Virus record (IMG/VR): IMGVR_UViG_3300012275_000021
Source: a virus
Lineage: Duplodnaviria; Heunggongvirae; Uroviricota; Caudoviricetes
DNA: 7,795 bases
Reading direction: 5' to 3' (one strand)
In this document: positions 4,331 to 7,795 of the stretch, one piece after another
Layout: the number at the start of each line of letters is the position of its first letter
How positions within the stretch are numbered: the stretch's first letter is position 1
Position numbers and translations under genes: made by a program
Notes under the pieces: model-generated
What the model was told of the DNA's origin: nothing
The model's database searches: none
The model's input: the letters and a program-made list of their open reading frames with translations, nothing else

Positions 4331-6837
4331 ATGAGCACTGATAAAGAAGAATTTGCACTATATTGCGAAGCAAAAAATGACAAAGTAAGAAAACGCCTAG
4401 GAATTAAAGGTGGTTTTTACTGGACTACAGCAAAAAAATTATCTGTTGCAATCTCCCGCTGCATTACCGCAATGGATGACAACGATTATGATGAAGACGA
4501 CTTTAAAAAACCCGTCCGCGTCAATTTGCCCGTTGTTGACGACCTTCCGCCAGAAGGCGTGTTTGATACTGAATTCTGCAACCGCTATGAAAAAGGCGGG
4601 AAAGATGGCATCACAATGACATTTATCGGCCCTTCCCCCTCTGTTCAGGACAAACCAGCCAGCACTGACAATACCAACATCAACGGCGAAGACATGACTA
4701 AGATTGAGGAGAGCATGCTTCTGCCTGTCTCCGGTCAGGAACTGCCCATTCGTTGGCTTGCTCAACACGGCAGCGAAAAACCAGTAACGCACGTTTCACG
4801 CGACGAACTCCAGGCATTACACATTGCACGGGCTGAAGAACTACCGGCTGTTACTGCCCTGGCTATTTCGCATAAAACCAGTCTGCTCGACTCGCTGGAG
4901 ATTCGCGACCTCCACAAACTGGTTCGTGACACTGACAAAGTTTTCCCTAATCCTGGTAATTCAGACCTGGGACTAATAACTGCTTTTTTCGAAGCATACC
5001 TGGACGCTGACTACACTGATCGGGGTCTGCTGACAAAAGAGTGGATGAAAGGAAATCGTGTTTCACGCATCACCCGCACGGCTTCCGGTGCTAATGCTGG
5101 CGGTGGGAACAAAACCGATCGCAATCCGAATTTAGTACACACCCTCGACACACTGGATGTGGAGATTGCAGCAGCCACACTTCCGATGGATTTTAATATT
5201 TATGAAATTCCGGGCAGCGTTTATCGTCGCGCAAAAGAAGTAGTCCTGAACAAAGAAAGTCCGTTCAAAGAATGGTCCGCAGCACTTCGTGCAACCCCGG
5301 GTATTCTGGACTATTCCCGCGCCGCTATTTTTGCACTTATCCGAAGCGCACACCCTGAATTTTATCACTACCCGGGACGCCTTCAGGGGTATATCAACGC
5401 CTATTTGACGGAAACTGATCACGAGAACCCCAGCAAGGAAACTCTCACAGCTGCCCGGCATACGCCGGAAAAAGATATCCTGGAAAAAATTAACCGCGAG
5501 GTGGTTACTGAGCGTGAAACAGAAGAAGAAAAACCACAACCATCTGACGCAATGGCAGGTGAACAGGCAACAACTGAAACAATGGAACCGGATACAACTG
5601 AACATGGCCAGAACGCGCAGTCGCTGGATGCTCAGTCGCAGGTGAGTTCCGCTAACCAAGTAAAAGTCACCGCTGACGAAGTAAACAAAATTATGCAGGC
5701 AGCCAATATCAGCCAGCCTGACGCCGATAAGTTACTTGCTGTATCGCGTGGTGAATTTGTTGAGGGGATTAGCGACCCTAATGATCCGAAATGGGTCAAG
5801 GGGATCCAGACTCGCGATTCTGTGAACCAGAACCAGCATGAATCGGAACGGAACGACCAAAAAGCGGAACAAAACAGCCCAAATGCGTTACAAAACGAGC
5901 CAGAAACGAAACAATCCGAACCAGTAGCGCAACAGGAACCGGAAAAAGTCTGCACCGCCTGCGGTCAGAGCGGTGGCGGCAACTGCCCTGATTGTGGCGC
6001 GGTGATGGGCGACGCAACATACCAGGAAACATTCGATGAAGAGAATCAGGTTGAAGTTCAGGAAAATGATCCGGAGGAAATGGAAGGCGCTGAACATCCA
6101 CACAAGGAGAACCCTGGCGGCAATCAGCATCACGCCAGCGATAATAAAACTGGCGAGGCGACAGATCCCTTAATTAAGGTGAATGGTCATCATAAGCTCA
6201 CATCCACCAGCAGAGCGGGGATTCATCTGATGATCGACCTTGAAACCATGGGAAAAAATCCCGATGCCCCGATTATCTCAATAGGCGCAATATTTTTCGA
6301 TCCACAAACCGGAGATATGGGACCGGAATTTAGCAAGACCATCGATCTGGATACTGCTGGCGGAGTCATTGATCGTGACGTCATTAAATGGTGGCTGAAG
6401 CAATCACGTGAAGCGCAGTCTGCCATTATGACCGATGAAATCCCGTTAGATGATGCACTACTGCAATTGCGGGAATTTATCGACGAAAACTCCGGTGAAT
6501 TTTTTGTTCAGGTCTGGGGTAATGGGGCCAACTTCGACAACGTGATTTTACGCCGTTCATACGAACGACAGGGTATCCCCTGCCCATGGCGCTACTGNNN
6601 NNNNNNNNNNNNNNNNNNNNNNNNNNNNNNNNNNNNNNNNNNNNNNNNNNNNNNNNNNNNNNNNNNNNNNNNNNNNNACGCACAATCGTTGAGCTGGGGA
6701 AAGCCATAGACTTCGATGCCAGAACTGCTATCCCATTCGAAGGTGAGCGCCATAATGCACTTGATGACGCTCGTTACCAGGCAAAATACGTTTCAGCTAT
6801 CTGGCAAAAACTGATCCCGAGTCAGGCTGATTTTTAA
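4331..6837 (+). CDS. Large multidomain exonuclease: N-terminal region of the kind annotated exodeoxyribonuclease VIII/RecE-like in prophages, acidic linker, CxxC-x7-CxxC zinc ribbon, C-terminal DEDDh (DnaQ-like) 3'-5' exonuclease domain; interrupted by an 80-N run
   Basis: Track ORF 4331..6709 reads through the Ns in frame 2, and its tail after the Ns (AQSLSWGKP) is out of frame. The true continuation is frame 1 from 6679 to the stop at 6835-6837 (RTIVELGKAIDFDARTAIPFEGERHNALDDARYQAKYVSAIWQKLIPSQADF). DEDDh motifs: exo I MIDLET (~6236-6247), exo II WGNGANFD, exo III HNALDD after the gap. Zinc ribbon CTACGQSGGGNCPDCG at about 5951-5996. Acidic low-complexity linker at roughly aa 390-620. Confidence 0.75.
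6598..6677. other. Run of 80 ambiguous bases (assembly gap or masked segment) inside the exonuclease gene
   Basis: Direct reading: 80 consecutive n. Flanking reading frames differ (frame 2 before, frame 1 after), so the true missing length is not 80 if this is one continuous gene. Confidence 0.95.
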
Positions 6838-6895
6838 TGTTCAACCCTAATTGCCGCTAACCGTATATAGTTAGCGGCGGTTATGAGATATAGCT

Positions 6896-7099
6896 ATGAG
6901 CAGCTTATTTTTAACCGAAGATGAATTGCTAATATTAACGGGCTGCAAATATGCAAGCCACCAGCGAAAATGGTTAATGGAAAACGGGCTTCCGTTCTAT
7001 ACCAATCGTAGTGGCAAACCGATTGTCAGCCGGGATCTATTTACCTGCAATAAAACTTTACCACCACGCGAGGTAGAGCCGAATTTTGGTGCGATCTGA
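6896..7099 (+). CDS. Small excisionase-like protein (recombination directionality factor candidate) upstream of and coupled to int
   Basis: 67-aa ORF MSSLFLTEDELLILTGCKYASHQRKWLMENGLPFY... Its stop TGA (7097-7099) overlaps the integrase ATG (7099-7101). Xis-like position; family assignment from memory is tentative. Confidence 0.55.
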   Translation: MSSLFLTEDELLILTGCKYASHQRKWLMENGLPFYTNRSGKPIVSRDLFTCNKTLPPREVEPNFGAI

Positions 7100-7795
7100 T
7101 GGGAAGACGAAGGAAAAATCCTGAACACGAAAAATTACCTCCAAATGTATACCCAAATAAATATAGTTATGTATGGAAACCAACATCCAGAGAATCTGTC
7201 ACACTAACCGCCATCAAGGATGGTTTAGCTGCTTTATGGAAAAAGTATGAGGAAACTGTAAATAATCGCGATCGTGCAATGACATTCGGTCGCTTGTGGG
7301 AAAAATTCCTCGCCAGCGCCTATTACAGTGACCTTAGTCCAAGAACACAAAAAGATTATCTGCAACATCAAAAAAAGTTGCTTGCCGTATTCGGTAAGGT
7401 ACCAGCGGATTCCATAAAACCAGAACACATCCGTCGATACATGGACAAAAGAGGGGAGCAGAGTAAAACGCAAGCCAACCATGAAAAAAGCAGTATGTCC
7501 CGTGTTTACAGTTGGGGGTATGAGCGAGGGTACGTCAAGGCTAACCCATGTGCAGGTGTAAGTAAATTCAAGGCCAAAAACCGCGAACGATATGTAACCG
7601 ACAAAGAATACCAGGCAGTATTAAGCGTTGCACCTCTTCCTGTTTTTATCGCAATGGAAATTGCCTATCTGTGTGCAGCGAGGGTTTCCGATGTGTTATC
7701 GCTGAAATGGGAACAGATTGGAAACGACGGGATATTCATCCAGCAAGGGAAAACCGGAAAAAAACAGATAAAAGCATGGAGTCCACGATTACAGG
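7099..7795 (+). CDS. int: Lambda-family tyrosine integrase, N-terminal arm-binding region onward (3'-truncated by window edge)
   Basis: Hand translation from ATG 7099 is open to the window end: MGRRRKNPEHEKLPPNVYPNKYSYVWKPTSRE...HIRRYMDKRGEQSKTQANHEKSSMSRVYSWGYERGYVKANPC... The MGRRR...LPPN-Y N-terminus resembles lambda Int. Not in the track because there is no in-window stop. Confidence 0.9.
   Translation, partial: MGRRRKNPEHEKLPPNVYPNKYSYVWKPTSRESVTLTAIKDGLAALWKKYEETVNNRDRAMTFGRLWEKFLASAYYSDLSPRTQKDYLQHQKKLLAVFGKVPADSIKPEHIRRYMDKRGEQSKTQANHEKSSMSRVYSWGYERGYVKANPCAGVSKFKAKNRERYVTDKEYQAVLSVAPLPVFIAMEIAYLCAARVSDVLSLKWEQIGNDGIFIQQGKTGKKQIKAWSPRLQ

Noticed and set aside
4410-6707. Nested ORFs inside the exonuclease gene (4410..4619, 4439..4792, 5132..5659, 5632..5955, 5796..6101, 5888..6133, 6223..6426, 6477..6707)
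   Set aside because: All are nested within or antisense to the long exonuclease frame; several are Cys/Phe-rich or run through the N block. No independent signals.
6586-6837. Track ORF 6586..6837 as a separate 83-aa gene
   Set aside because: Its apparent start lies just before the N run. The post-gap translation carries DEDDh exo motif III and is better read as the C-terminus of the large exonuclease gene.
7234-7482. Minus-strand 82-aa ORF within the integrase gene
   Set aside because: Antisense to a clearly recognisable integrase reading frame; no ribosome-binding site.

Overview
This window reads as the immunity region plus early-left arm of a lambdoid (Rac/Qin-type) enterobacterial prophage, running from a replication gene at the left edge to the integrase at the right edge. 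All gene and family names below are recalled from memory of E. coli K-12 cryptic-prophage proteins; no database search was possible. Minus strand, left side: a 5'-complete but 3'-truncated lambda-O-like replication initiator (1-1013) carrying two helically phased CGTGAC iteron clusters and an AT-rich tandem repeat inside its coding sequence, then a YdaT-like (CII-position) gene and a YdaS-like Cro-type regulator. Plus strand, after a divergent operator/promoter region: a CI-like HTH + S24-peptidase repressor that appears leaderless, then a Qin-type dicB operon (ydfA-ydfB-ydfC-dicF sRNA-dicB-ydfD), a ~2.5 kb exonuclease gene interrupted by an 80-N run, a small excisionase-like gene and the start of a lambda-family tyrosine integrase. 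Most of this is recognisable prophage biology. The parts I consider least explained are (i) the large protein that ends in a DEDDh 3'-5' exonuclease domain with a CxxC-x7-CxxC zinc ribbon and has no RecT-like partner, (ii) a TGTTTT-N6-AAAACA palindrome found at both early promoters, (iii) the dual-cluster origin architecture, and (iv) structured RNA elements around dicF. I see no CRISPR array, tRNA, rRNA, transposase or obvious defence island.
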